Assembly: GCA_051294375.1 (NCBI GenBank)
Contig: CM119271.1
Span: forward strand, 16,188,770-16,252,769
Reading direction: 5' to 3'
DNA: 64,000 nucleotides
Origin: Paraspadella gotoi
Taxonomy: Eukaryota; Animalia; Chaetognatha
Numbering within the stretch: the stretch's first letter is position 1; every line of letters starts with the position of its first letter. A program made the translations under genes and the position numbers. Positions 1 to 13,409 of the stretch are shown here, one piece after another. The notes beneath the pieces were generated by a model. That model made no database searches. It worked only from the letters and a program-made list of their open reading frames with translations, and was not told the DNA's origin.

Positions 1-217
1 CATCTCTCTTTATCTTTTTTCCTCCCCTTCTTATTTTACTTCCCTTCTCTTCACTTTTTCCTTTCCCTTTTTCCTTTCCCTTTTTCCTTTCCCCTTTTCC
101 TTTCCCCTTCTTTTTTCCTTCCTTTACATCTTTTTTTCTTATTTTCCCTTCCCTTTCTTCTCTTTCTCTTCACTTCTCTTTTTTCTTTTTCCTTTACCTC
201 TCTCCTACCATCTTTAG

Positions 218-1696
218 CATCGCCGACAGCGATTCGCGCAAATCCCTTTGGAAATCTTCTTCTGCCGTCAAAGCACCCACTCCCCCGGTTTCCCTGAAGA
301 AAGCAAAAAGGCCAAAGGTATAATATATAATTTAATTATTAATCTCATTAATTAATCCTTTTTATTATCCTCCCCTCACTCTTTCCCCTTCTTCCTTCTC
401 TAAAGAACAAAAAACGCGGGGCTGCGTTCGACAGGGACTCTTCCCCCGCGCGGCGCCGCCGCTCCGAATCCGTATGCCTCGCCGCGCTGACGCTGCTCTC
501 TCTCTTCACTCTCTCCCTCCTCGTTTACTCACTCGTGGAACTACACTCGTTGACTCTGCGCCACGGGGCGCTGGAGTCGGAGGTGGAGCGATTGAAGGGA
601 GGAGGAGGAGCGGGGAGATGGAACGAGCCTGAGTTGAGGTAAGCGGAGAGAAGCGGGGAAAAGGGGAAAGACTGATGAAATGGTTGATGAAAGGAAAGAA
701 AAGAATATTAAAGGGAATTTTATGATACAATAATGAATAATAATAAAAAATATTAAGAATAATAATATGACAGAAATGGAGTAGAAAATATTGAATTACA
801 CTCACCATTATGCGGCTTCAGTATTCTCTCAAGATTTTCTGATTTGAAAAAACCTTTATTCTCCCTTTTTGTCTCTCAAGGCAACGAATCTGGGACGTGA
901 TTTTGGCGGAAAACGAGGACGTCGATCGTGTCAACAACAACAACAACGACATCGCCGATTCGAAAAAACTTTCTTCCTCCGCCAGTTGCGCTCTTTTCGA
1001 TTTCGTCGTCGCCTGTCGAAAGGACCGACCTTCCAACGTCTCGTCCGCCCGCCGCAGCCCAGCCGATTTTGTCGCGTTCGCCGCCGCCGCCGCCTCCGCC
1101 GCTCCGTGTCCCGCCGACGACGCAGATTGTCGTCGCAAGTCAGCCTCCGCCGCCGCCTCCCCGCCCCGCGAGTCCGCCGACGCCGCCTCGGCCTACAATC
1201 AATATCAGTCACTGCGAAACCCCGACGATTCCGGATCCGCTGTCGGTCCGCCGGGCGTGCCGGGACCCCAAGGCCCACAAGGGGTGCCCGGCCCGCCGGG
1301 ACCGAGAGGCCCTAAGGGGCCCAAAGGAAACCCGGGTCAACCCTGCACGAAGGCCATGTGTCTAAAGCAAATGGTGAAGTCAGCTTTTACTGGTGAGAGA
1401 GATTGATGGAGAGAATGATGTAGATATTGACGAAAAGTTTGATGTAGAGATTGATGGAGACATTAGCAGTGAAGCAGATTATTAATTTTTGGTTCATTTC
1501 AACTGAGATTAAGTTCTTCAATCTCATTTACATATTGCAGTAATTTAGATTATTTCTTAGAGACAGTTTGAATTTAGTTTTGACTACGATTTTGTTTTAT
1601 TGTAAAACAGAAATGTTTCGGCTTCATTTCAAGCCTTCATCAGCGTAAATATGAATTTGGAAAATATTTTGTGTAAAGGAAGAGAGAAAGAGAGAT

Positions 1697-1785
<89 letters not shown>

Positions 1786-2936
1786 AAAAAAACGGTGCAA
1801 AAATCTTTGTCTCAAACAAGGAAAAGAAAGGATTTATATCATAAAGATTATTTCTTAAATCTTTTGATACGGTTTTCATTGGAGTTTTTGATTTCTACAG
1901 TTTTTAGTTCAGCTGAGTGCTTTGTTAGGACCCTAGAAACACTGACACCTCTTATTAGATTAATAGGAAAAATTGGAAAGCTCTAATCTCATTTTTGTTC
2001 CAATCATTAACCCATCTTGCCATTACTTTTCTTCTCCCCTCCCCCTGTTCCCCCTTCTGCATTCTCTCACATCCAGCTGTCCGCACGACCTCACTCGAGC
2101 CGGACGCCGACGCCATCATCACGTACGAGATCACGATCCAGAACACGGGACATCACTTCTCCAACAAGACGGGCAAATACCGCGCACCCGTCCGGGGAAT
2201 CTACTTTTTCTCTTTCCACATGATGCATCAATCCGCCAACAAAAATATGGACGTCATTCTCATGAAGAACGCCAGGGGGTAAATATTAAAGTCATAATTA
2301 TTGTGGGCGAAAGATCAAATAAACTTCTTGCATTATTTATAGTACTAATCAGTAATATTTATTTGCGGGGAAAAAGTTAGAATGATAATTATTACGTTAA
2401 ATGGAACGGGGACATGTTTGCTACAATATGCAAATGAGATTTAATATTTCTCGGCAGTTACGTTCGCGTTTGGACGAACCGACGCGACGACCGAATTCAT
2501 CTTCACTCCAACAGCGCGACTCTTTTTCTCAAAGAAGGAGACGAGGTGCGGGGAGGGGAGGGGAAGGGAAGGGAGGGGAAGGGAAGGGAAGGGAGGATAA
2601 GAGAGGGATAAGGAAAGGAGTTTGTGAAGGGAAGAGAGGATAGGAGAAAGAAAGGAAAAAGAAAAAATGAAAAGGAAACAAGAGTTCGTGAAGGGAAGAA
2701 AGAAAAATGTAAAAAAGAAAATAAGGAAAAGAGGAAAAGAAAAAAATAATTTTAAAGCCTCTTCACTCAATGAGCAAACTATAGTAATCATCATCATAAT
2801 TAAAAAAAAACTAAAGGAAAATTTATCTCCTCCGCTCCAGGTCTGGCTCCAGCTGTTCGGCTCTTGCTCCATCCGCTCCCTCGAAAATTGGGCCTGGATT
2901 TCCAGCTTTTCTGGATTTTTACTCTACGAACATTGA
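218..2936 (+). CDS. Type II transmembrane collagen + C1q domain protein, 5' partial. Exons ~218-317, 406-638, 881-1392, 2077-2278, 2458-2545, 2841-2936
   Basis: Phase-consistent GT-AG exons give a hydrophobic segment (VCLAALTLLSLFTLSLLVYSLV), 11 Gly-X-Y triplets, and C1q motifs (AFTAVRT, TGKYRAPVRGIYFFSFH, LFLKEGDEVWLQL, SSFSGFLLY). Confidence 0.85.
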
Positions 2937-5749
2937 AAGTCTCTCCAGATTACAAATTGGTTTTTCATTGACTTTCTCCTCGTCCCGTTCCCGTCCGGAA
3001 CCCCCTCCCCCTATCTCTCTCTTTCTCTCTTTCTCTATTTATTTTTTTATTTTTTATTTTTATTTACAAGGAGTTTATTTTTAATTAATAAATATAAATT
3101 CTTCTCTTACACTAAAATTAATAAAGTTTTCTCTTTTCTGAATTACTTTTTATCGTCTCTTCCTTCCATTCTTTTCTTCCTTTTTTCTCTTTTCCTTTCC
3201 TTCCTTGCCTTTCCTTTCCTTCCTTCCTTCCTTCCTTTCCTTCCTTTCTCCTTTCCATCCAGTTTTGCTCTTTTCCCTCCCTCGTTAAATTATTGAGCTT
3301 TTTGCTTTTTATTTTTGTCTCTCGTGTCTTCGTTTCGTCTTTTTTTTACATTATTTTTATTTATATTGAAGGTTATTTCATTCATTAACTCATAAATTAA
3401 TACGTTATACGTACGTTTGTTAATTACTTTGCCAGTTATAAGATTCTTGTGATGTACCGCTTTTGTCTCTGATGTAAAATGGCGCCTGCAAATTTATCTT
3501 TTCAAACGTTTTCCCATTTATTTTTCGAACCGTTCTTTTGTTTGTTTAATAATTTGGTTTTTAAATGCGGAAGCGAAATCTGAGAACGAAAACCAATGCA
3601 TATCAACTTGAAAAAGAATTTTCTAGTCATATTTTTTTTTTCCTGTAAAATTCCGAGATTACTACATTTGTTCTTGTTAAATTTTTACACCATAATCGAC
3701 ATTAACTAGTTAAGATTTTAATATTTTAAATGCTCATAAAGTTTCCGATTGGTTTCCGCACAAACCTGATTGACAGACCGACTGACCGACTATGTAAGCC
3801 AACCTTTCGTCGTTTCTCCCACAGATTTGATCTCATTTTATTGTTTTACACAAAGATTTTTCAACTCAAAATATTTAAATCTCCTTTTTTAAAAATTTTA
3901 AATGGTTAATTGGTTATGAGTTGTACTCGTAGTTTTTGGTTTCTTTACGGACCGCGTTTGTTTTCGTGGACAATTCTCTGCTTTGTAACTATCTTGCCTT
4001 TTATACAGTTTTGATTAAGTTGTTTCGTTTTGGTTACTAACTTTTTAGTCAAAGAAACAGTGACCTGTAACAGTCAGCGTCTCGGGCCTTTTTCGGGGTC
4101 CGTCGTTGCGCTACTCGAGTTTTACGCTGATTTTTAGTGATTGGCCTCCCGTCCAACGTATTACGCCGTCATGTGTAGCGTTTCTCTTTCGGTTGTCCTC
4201 TCGTTTTTTTAGATTTTTATTGTATTACGTCGACGATTTTTTTTTTAGGTCTATAATAGTATTACGTAATCTGGAATCGGCGGAATCTCTCTCTCTCTCT
4301 CTCTCTCTTTATTTATTTAATAAATATATTTTAATGTCCGAAATACTCGTCTCGATCGACCGATTGATTGATTCCCCTTTCCGTTCTTCATCAATAATCC
4401 ACGTATTTATTTATTACCCAGATAATTTTTTTTTCTTTGGAAAAAAGGTATTGCATTTTTTTGTTCGAAAACCGTCGATGTTAAACGATTTTAAATATCA
4501 TCACGAGTAATTTAATGTCAAAACATTAGCCTTTTTTGGGCTTATATCGACTTAGGGTATTTTTTTATTTCATTTGAAATAATTTTATTTTGCTTTTTAT
4601 TATTTTTGAAAAAAAGTGATTTTGTCGTCGCACTTGTTTCGATCACATTGTGAAATGATCCCTTTTTTTTGTTTTGACATTTTGAGATGACCCCTTCTTC
4701 GTCGATTTCTACAGTGGAGATCGTTTTCGTCGCTTCTTTCTCCTCTCATTCGGCGAGAAGCTTTTCCGTTCCTGCGAATACAATCAAACCCTTTTTCTCT
4801 TTCTATATTTTTCTCCCTTTTTTTGTGTGGAGTCGTAGGTTTATCCTTGCCGGTCGGTCCTTCTTATTCTAATTAACATATGGCTAAGCCGTAACGAGTT
4901 ATTAAATGGTAGTCGATAAGTTAACTTAAACTAAATATATGATTACAAACGGGTTATATTTCTTGATGTATTTTGATTTCCTTTTTCCTCCGAGTTTCGA
5001 ACCTCGGACCTTCGCACTTCAGTAGAAAAGACGACACAATTTTTCTCTCTGACGAAAAAAACCAAAAATGTTTCACTGCCGATTGATTATATTTCGTGTA
5101 GTTAATTCAAGAGAAGGTATCCACATTTTTTTTTTTAATTTTGGGGCTCAACACCAAAGAATGACAAATGAAATTTTCGGCGAAGCTTGTATTCAAATGT
5201 TAAAACTTGTAATTATTTCATGCAAACAAAAAATGGCAATCACGATATTTAACACTAAACTTTTCCTTTTATCGAGCAAAAGAATAAAAAAAAAAAATCA
5301 CTGACCTTTAGAAAAAAATGAATACTCTAGATTTTCTCGGACACTAAATACAAATTACGTTTCTTCCACTTTTTTCGGAACAAAAAAAAATAGCTGCTTT
5401 TTTCCACTTTGTTATTTGACAATTAATTTAATATTGTTAACCTTTGACTGCATCGTGTGATCCCTTGCGAGAAAAGTTGTACTCGTGTGAAAAGAAAAAT
5501 GAACCAAAAAATATTTTTGTTTCTTGCATTTTTCGTTGTTTTGTCGATAATATAATATTAGAATTGTTAGCTAAAAAAAGGACCGCCTCATTAAATAAAA
5601 AGAAATTAAATCCAATTTAAAACTGTTTCGTTTCAGATAAAAACGAAAACCGTCTAATGGAACAAAAAAAGCAAAAATCGTGCTAATGCATTAACAATAA
5701 ACATAAAAATTAAACATAAACATTAAATATAAAGTAATATTTATTAACT

Positions 5750-7317
5750 ATGGATCCTCGAGCAACGACCTTCATCGTTGTCGCCGTCGTCGTCGGCTGC
5801 TTCTCCGTTCTCCTTCCCAACGTCTTTTGGCCTCTGATTCGAGGCCTCCTCGCCGGCGACCGGGGCCCGTCCCCGCAGTCGGACCCGCGCGGACCCGGCC
5901 CGGGACCCAGAGGTATTTGGTGGGCGAGTTACCTTTTTGACGGGATTCGTTGCGCCCATTTTGTATGCGTTTTTTTTTATCTCTCTCTCTCTCTCTCTCT
6001 CCCTTCCCTCTCTCTCCCTCCCTCAGGACGAAATCCGGTCAAATGAATCCTAACCTAAGGTCGACTCATCCAAGTCAAACCGCCCAAACCGCAGGTGAGT
6101 TTTTCCTTTTCTCAGTCCTCTCCCATTTCCCCCCCCCCTTCCTTTCCTCTTTCTTCCCTTTCTCCTTCCTTCATTCACTTCCCCATCTTCACCCCCCCCA
6201 CAGCGCGACACCCCCTCCCAAGGTGGTAAAGGCGGTTACCTCGGCTTCGTCCTCCCCATGTACGCCGTCGGCATCAGCCTCTACTCATCTTCACTCTCTT
6301 CAAGATCTTCGTCGCCGGCGGCGGACGCAACGCCGCTGCCGCCGCCGCCGGCCGCTCGCCCGGCGATTTCGTCAAGGATCTGGGACCCGAAGGACAGGCG
6401 GAGATGTCGAGGAGCATTCGGGAGGTGGACAGATTCTTGCGAATGGCGGTGAGGATGAATGGGGCGGAGGAAAGGGGAAAGAAAAGAAAGGAAAACGCGA
6501 GGAAAGGGAAAAATGAAGAAAGGGATAAGGGAGGAAAGGGAAAAGAGAGAATGGCAAATGGGGAGAAGGGAAAAAGGAGGAAATGGAAAAGGGAGAAAAA
6601 GGAAAAGAAATAGGTATTAGGGAGAAAAGGGAGAAGGGAAAAGGGAGGATGGAAAAGAGAGAAAATGGAAAAGGGGAAAGGAAAGAAAGGTATACCGGAG
6701 GAAATGTAAAAGGGAAAGAAGGAAAAGGGAAGAAAGGTAGGAAAAGGGGAATAATGTCAATGAGGTTTGAGTACTGGGGATTAAAGAATTTTGTTAAAAC
6801 AGGTGGCCAGGCGAAGAAAAAAAAAGAGATAAAGAAAAAGATAATAAAAAGAAAGGAAATGGGGGGAGAAGAAAATGAGAGAAGAGGAAAGAGTAAGAGG
6901 AGAAAAGGTAATGGGGGGAGAAGAAAATGAGAGAAGAGGAAAGAGTAAGAGAAAGAGAAAAGGTAATGGGGGAGGGGCAAAAAGGAAGGTTCATCCATTA
7001 TTCATCCATCGTTGATCCTTTATTCGCGCTCAAACAGGACGGCGCCCCGAGATCCCGACAGAATCGCGTCGAACTCAGCGCCGGAGGTCAATCTCCGCGC
7101 GAAGAACGCCGCGACGACGACGACCCGGCGTCGTTCGAGGACGAACTTCGGCGCCGTCGACGCCGGCTTGAGGAAGAGGAAGATTCAAGGCGGCGCGTTC
7201 AAGAGGAGGAAGAAGAAAAGGCGAATCGACGTCGAGTTCAGTCGATGCTTTACGAACTTAAAGATGAAGCAGAGTCGCAGGGGAAAGAGTTGCAAAGATG
7301 CTTGGGCGCTACGCAGT

Positions 7318-7372
<55 letters not shown>

Positions 7373-8314
7373 TGATGAGGAAATTATTCAAAAATTATTA
7401 ATAAATGACAAAAGATATTTATTGCTTAATATTTATTCATTAACCCAACTCCCCCCCTCCAAAGAGGGCGAGTCTTCCGTCCGCGAAGAGGATCTCGTTC
7501 GCCTCCAACGAAGACTCGAGAAGACGGAGCAGGCGATGCTGCGCGTCCTGGCAGCGATGGGCCACCCCGACGACCAACTCGAGGAGATGCTCGAGGAAGA
7601 TCGTCTCGATGAAGATCAGTTCCGGGCGCTCATTAAGAACGATCCTTTCGCCACCTCGGGAGCCGGCGCCACCGCCGACCCTAGCCCCACTTCGATGGCG
7701 CCGGAAGAAGTCGGCGCTATGGGCGGCGCCACCGACAGCGTCGCTTCGGCCCTCGTCTCAGTACACGTGTTGGAACAGAATCTCGATCGAGAAGGAGGAG
7801 GAGGAGGAGGAGAAGACTTTAGCCTGAACGATTCCTCTTTTCTTGGAGTCGAAAACGAAAGAAAGGAAGAGAGGAAAGAAGAAATAAAAGAAGAAGAAAA
7901 AGAAGAAACGAAATTCGTCAATTCTTCCAGTGAGTCTTCGTGAATACTTTACATAAAATTATTTTTTAGTTTATTAAGAGACGTCTAATTAGTGTACAAG
8001 TGCAATATAATAAGTTATTCATCATTTTTTCATTTTCTCACAGACGCGACTTCAACCTCCCAAGCCTCTTATTCCATTGCCTCTTTCACCGCCCCTGCCG
8101 CCGCCACCGCCGCCGCCGTCACCTCCACCACCGCCGCCTTCGCCGCTCCCCTTCTCGCTTCTCCAGATCGAGATTCACTCGACGACGCGACGGCGGCCGC
8201 GTGGGAGGCCGCCTGGGCGGACTCCACTGCCGCCGCCGCCGCCACCTCCGCCTCCGTGGAGACAATCGGGCGCGGATTCGACGTCAACCGATTACGGGAG
8301 CGGGTGGGCGGCGG

Positions 8315-8345
<31 letters not shown>

Positions 8346-8765
8346 TTCGACTTGAATCTTCTTCGTTCGCGGATTTCGGCGGGAAATCGAAAACGTGAAG
8401 GTTATAGTTTTTTTTTATATATTATTTTTATATATTAAATTTAATTAAATTTTGGTAAATGTTCTATAGATTGGGATGAGGAAGAGGAAGAGGAGGAAGA
8501 GCTTTACGAAAACGACAGCGTCGAAATGGAAGAGGAAGAAAGAAGAGAAATCGATTTGATCGATTCGCTCGTCGAGGACGATGAACTCGATGGACCTGGT
8601 CAATGTGGTCATGGGCGTGGCCCAAACCCGGACGGCGCCTCATCATTAAAACCTCTCAACGTTAAAGAGAATTCCCCCGTGCTACGAACGGCTTTTACGG
8701 ATCAGGAAGTGAAAAATCTCAGACATCGAATCATTTTGGGTCAAAATGATTCGGATCAGGATTAA
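5750..8765 (+). CDS. ric-3: RIC-3 (nicotinic receptor chaperone)-like, about 7 exons; exon 2-3 region has apparent indel(s)
   Basis: N-terminal IVVAVVVGCFSVLLPNVFWP, second hydrophobic segment GFVLPMYAVGISLY(L)IFTLFKI, coiled coil LVRLQRRLEKTEQAMLRVL and acidic C-terminus match RIC-3 architecture. Confidence 0.8.
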
Positions 8766-10006
8766 AGTCAAAAGAAGATTAAACGCATAGTATTTACAAG
8801 ACGTGCAAAAAACATCCTAAACTCTCTCTCTCAATATTCCTTGTGCTTTCTCATATCAAATTGATTACTGATACACTACCGTACAGTATTGTATGCGATC
8901 TATTCTCATCCAGTATTTGCTTCTGGTTATGATCCGTGTCGACATTTTTACGATGGCCTTTTTACTTTTTTTTCCGCGTTAGTCTGTACTAATTGTTACG
9001 CCTGTAGTTGTTGAATATTGAATTAGGTATAAACGAGATTTTACAAAATTATCTCTGCGACTGCAGTGCTTTTGGCTGAACCGGTTCAGTTTGGATTGTT
9101 AAGCAGCATTTTAGTTGATTTTATTTAGTTGTTTATTGTAAAGAAACGTTTGTTATGCTACTTTTTTTCGATTAAAAAAAACTGCGTTAAAAAAATGTTA
9201 AAAAATAAATAATAAGCTAAGACAAATTTTATTTACTCACATAGCGCTCGAGAGTTAAAATTTCACATATAGAAAAAAAATTGATCTCAAATTTTGCTCA
9301 TTCATGCAATTTATAATTTTATTGTTTGTTTTATTTGTTTATATCTCGTAAGTGAAGTACTGCATATTTCATAACTTTTTATTTAACTATTTGAGGTCGA
9401 GGAGGTTTGTTTCCTACGTTTGAACTCTATTCTGCTTAATATATTTTTTCGTTTTCCTAGCAATAAGTCAATCTGAATATTTCGATTTAATTCTAAATTA
9501 AATATTCGATGAACAAATGATTTTTGTTCTCTGAAAAACTTACTAACTAAGCCTTAACCCGTTACTCCCCTCTTTATGCGGAGGCGGATTATTTTATTAC
9601 TATTAGTAATTTAGTATTACTAAATTATACATATGTTGTATTATTCTGAAAAAATCGAATTCGAGGAAACTTGCGACGACTTCAGTGATAGTAAGGCTAT
9701 TTAAGCCGGATATAATTACTATTAATTAGTTGTACAAACGCATGTATGATACAAAGCGACATTTCTTTCTCGATAAAAACGTAAAAACTATTTAAGTTTA
9801 TAAAAAAATTTATGCAACGAAATTTTCTCTTAGATTTTCTTTATTATAAAAAAACGGAACAAAATGAGAGAAAGGGAGAGAGTTAAAATAGGAACTCTGA
9901 CCGCGGGATTTTCTGCATTTGCTGCATCGAAACAATTCTCTGCTGTGTCGAACAAGTCCTCTTCGGCATTGACGGAGTTATTAACGTCGTCGGCTTGGCG
10001 TCATCG

Positions 10007-12986
10007 ATGCGTCGGTTTTTGACGCTGGTAACAAAAACAAAGACAACAACAATGTCTTTTCATAGAAAAAAGTCTTGCGAATGGGATCGACGCCGCGGAG
10101 CATCGGCGACGTCTCAGCCGGCACCCAATCCGGCGTCGTCCGTGTTCCCCTTCAGTCTGGCCACCTATAACTGCCTCTCTCAGGATTGTCTCGATCGTAA
10201 CATCCGCCTTTACGACTCTGTCTCTTCCACTTATCTTCAGTGGGTATGTTTAATCCTTAATCTCATTTACATATTACGGCGATTCGTTATTTGTTATGAA
10301 TTTGTTGTTATTTTGCTGTGGTTTTGCACATAAGTGGCGTCGTCGTTGTTGTCGGCGGCGTTCCAAATTATAGATCGCCTTTTTTATGATTAAATTTGGG
10401 TGTATGAAGCTGAAAATTTATATACAGCTTCTCATCATCAATGTGCTTAAAATTGAGTCTGGACAGTTATTAAATATGTTTTGTTTATGTTTTATCAAAA
10501 CAAACAAATTTTCTCTTTTATTTTTATATTTTTTTCTCTCTCTCTTTTCTCTTTTAATTACATGTCTCTCTCTCTCTCTCTCTTTTCCTAATCACTGATT
10601 CATAAGGGAAAAAAACGAGTCTGCAGCTGGCTCTGCAGGGGCTTTTTCTTTTTCTCTCTTTTTTCCTGCTGCTTTTGCTGCTGCCTCTTGAGTCTGCAGC
10701 TGGCTCTGCAGGTGCTCTCTCTTTTTCTTACTTTTTTCCTGCTGCTTCTGCTGCTGCCTTTTGATTTTTCTTTTTTTTCTCTCTCTATCTCTCTTCGTTG
10801 TTATTAAAAAAAAATTGAATTAGGATTGAACTCGTAAAATTAGGCATCGCATTCGTGTATGTTATCATTTTTTTGACAATGAAATTTTTTTTCCCTTTTT
10901 TTTTCAGAAACTGTAACTTTAATTTTCCTCGGTACTTTATTTTTTTTTTAATTGACAATCCTCAGGGGCTGCGTCTGCTGATCAGTTTATTTGACAATGA
11001 CAATAAAAAACTTTTTCATTGCTTTTTTTTTCAGAAAATCAGTCAATCCAGATTTTTCTTATGCGATTGCGACGATCCTTATGCTTTTAAGATTTTTTTT
11101 TGTTTGTTTCTGAATGTCGTGAATTAGTTAGTTGGTTAAATTAACATAATTGCGATAATCTGTAGTTTTTCATCCAAAGGAAAGTGGACGAGGGTGATGA
11201 TAAAGAGACAGCAATTATCATTACTTAACACTATTAATGACCAATTTATTCCCAGGATTTTCGAAAAGAGCGACTGATGGATGAGTTGTCGTCTCTCGAC
11301 GCCGACGTCGTTTGTCTTCAAGAGATCGACGAGGATCGATTCCACGATTTCTTCTCGCCTTTGATGAAGGAGAAGGTGAATCATTAACTCGGGGTCTCTT
11401 TTCTATTTTGTTAATCAATTTTAATTAAATAAAATTGAAACATCTTCGCAGGGCTACGTAGGACTCTACAAAGGACGCGGCGGTGACAAAATCGACGGCT
11501 GTGCAATTTTCTTCAAAAACTCGAAATTTAATTTGGTGGCGAAGAAGGTTTTTGTTTTGAAGGGGGAAAGTGAAAATAAAATGGGGGTTTGTGGGAAATC
11601 ACATATAGTATCGTAATTGAGTAATGTTGCGAGTTTTTAATTTAATTCGATGATAAAATGAAATAAAATAATTATCTCAGGAAATCGGAATGAATCGCGG
11701 GGTGGGCGTCTTGGATCGAGACAATGTCGCTTTGTTCGCTCTTTTGGAGCCATTGTGGACGACGACGACGACGACGACGACGAACCACAGGTAGACTTTA
11801 AATGATTCTTTTTCTAATAAGTTTCTGAAAAGGATCATTCTTTAAGATTATAATAATACCATGCAGTATTTCGTCTCCGCAACCGCCGATACCTCCTCCG
11901 CCATTGCCTTGCTCTCCGCCGCCTCCAAACCCGCCACTTCCCTCTACGCCTCCGCCTCCCCCTTCGCCTCCCCCACCACCTCGTCGACTTTGCGTCGCCA
12001 CGACCCACATCCTCTTCAACCCTCGACGAGGCGACGTCAAACTGGCGCAACTCTCTCTTCTCTTCGCCGAACTCGATCGATTCTTGCTAGAGACGGATGA
12101 GACGCCCCCGACGGCACGGTCCAAGGCCCGAAAAAATCGTCCCGCCCCCGAGACGCCCGTCATCTTCGCCGGCGACTTCAACTTAGAGCCTTTGTCTCCA
12201 CTCCACGGATTCCTCGTCCACGGGTCCATCTCCTATTTGGGTCGATCAGCCAAGAGGCTGGCGGTGCCGCCGCGGGAGTGTGCCGTCAAGGGCGGGGATA
12301 AGATATTGAAGGAGGACTTGACGAGACCATTGGGAATCGGTGGCGATTGTCGCTTCGAGAAGGAGGAGGAGGAGGCTGCTGAGGAGGCGACTTCCCCAAT
12401 CGGTCGCGCTGCCGACTCCGCCGCCGATTCCCAATCGATCTTTCCGGAAATCTCCGGCAAAGCGGCTCCGATTCTGTCGAACAGCGATTGTGCCTCCTCA
12501 AATATTTCCGGCGATTCTCCCAGCGATTCCCCTATGGAAGTGACGAACGCTGGCCGAGAATCCGGACAAATGGGCACTAAACCGCCGCTATCCGGCCCGA
12601 GTTCGGGTTGGGTCAACGTCTCTGGTCCCGAGCCCGCTAGGCGTAGCTCACCTTCGACCGCCCCCTTAACTCATCCTTTCCAATTTAACTCCGCCTACAA
12701 ACATTTCGTGCCTTCCTTTTCGGTCGACGGATTCTCGAGGAGTATCGCCGCCGAAGTATCTACCTTCAACGACTCTTCAGTCGCCAACGTCGACTACCTC
12801 CTTTTCGATCCCGCTGCCGACGCAAGCCCCGGCATCACCGCCGACGCGGGCTCCCTTCGCTTTTCTCACGCGTCTCGGTTGCCGACGCAACGAGATTTAT
12901 CCGCGATCGGCAAATTGCCCAACGCTTTACGAGGCTCGGATCATTTTCCGCTCTGCGCCTTTTTTTATTTATTGGACAAAGAATGA
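10007..12986 (+). CDS. angel: Angel homolog (CCR4/nocturnin EEP-family phosphatase). Exons ~10007-10243, 11257-11376, 11451-11547, 11681-11790, 11867-12986
   Basis: Motifs FSLATYNCLSQD, DADVVCLQEID, DGCAIFF, LDRDNVAL, VATTHILFNPRRGDVKLAQL, GDFN, VDYL, GSDHFPL. Confidence 0.92.
10321..11100. mobile_element. Dispersed non-autonomous repeat (Helentron/HINE-like), copy 1, in Angel intron 1
   Basis: Colinear similarity to 36500-39750 once the two nested insertions there are removed; shared 3' end cttatgcgattgcgacgatc...tgctttt. Classification is tentative. Confidence 0.7.
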
Positions 12987-13409
12987 TTTTTAAAAACGCA
13001 TTTTTTTTTGCGTTGATTCGGTGTTTGTTTATGGAGACGGCGAATCGTTATTGGTTAATTGCCGGATTACTTAGGTTTTGATTGGTCAGCGAACAGTTCA
13101 ATTTATTTTTTTATCTTGCTGAAATACCTTCGTTACGATTCAATCGAAAAATCTAAATGAAAATCTTCACTTTATTTCCTGTGATTTAAGTCAATCTTCT
13201 TTTCTTTTTTTGCCACAATCTCATTCCGTTTTTTGTTATTGTTTTTAAATAAAGCTGTCTATATCTATTGCTTTTTGGTCGTAGCATCATTTGACGTTGT
13301 TTGGCGCTGAGACGGTGACTCTGACTCCGGGGAAAGAAAAAGAGAAACTATATGAGGAAATTGAAAAAGATATTGAGAAAGCAAAAAAAATATAAATAGG
13401 AATTCCAAG

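Noticed and set aside
6372-6998. Phe/Ser-rich and Lys/Glu-rich ORFs
   Set aside because: Stop-poor polypurine intron of RIC-3.
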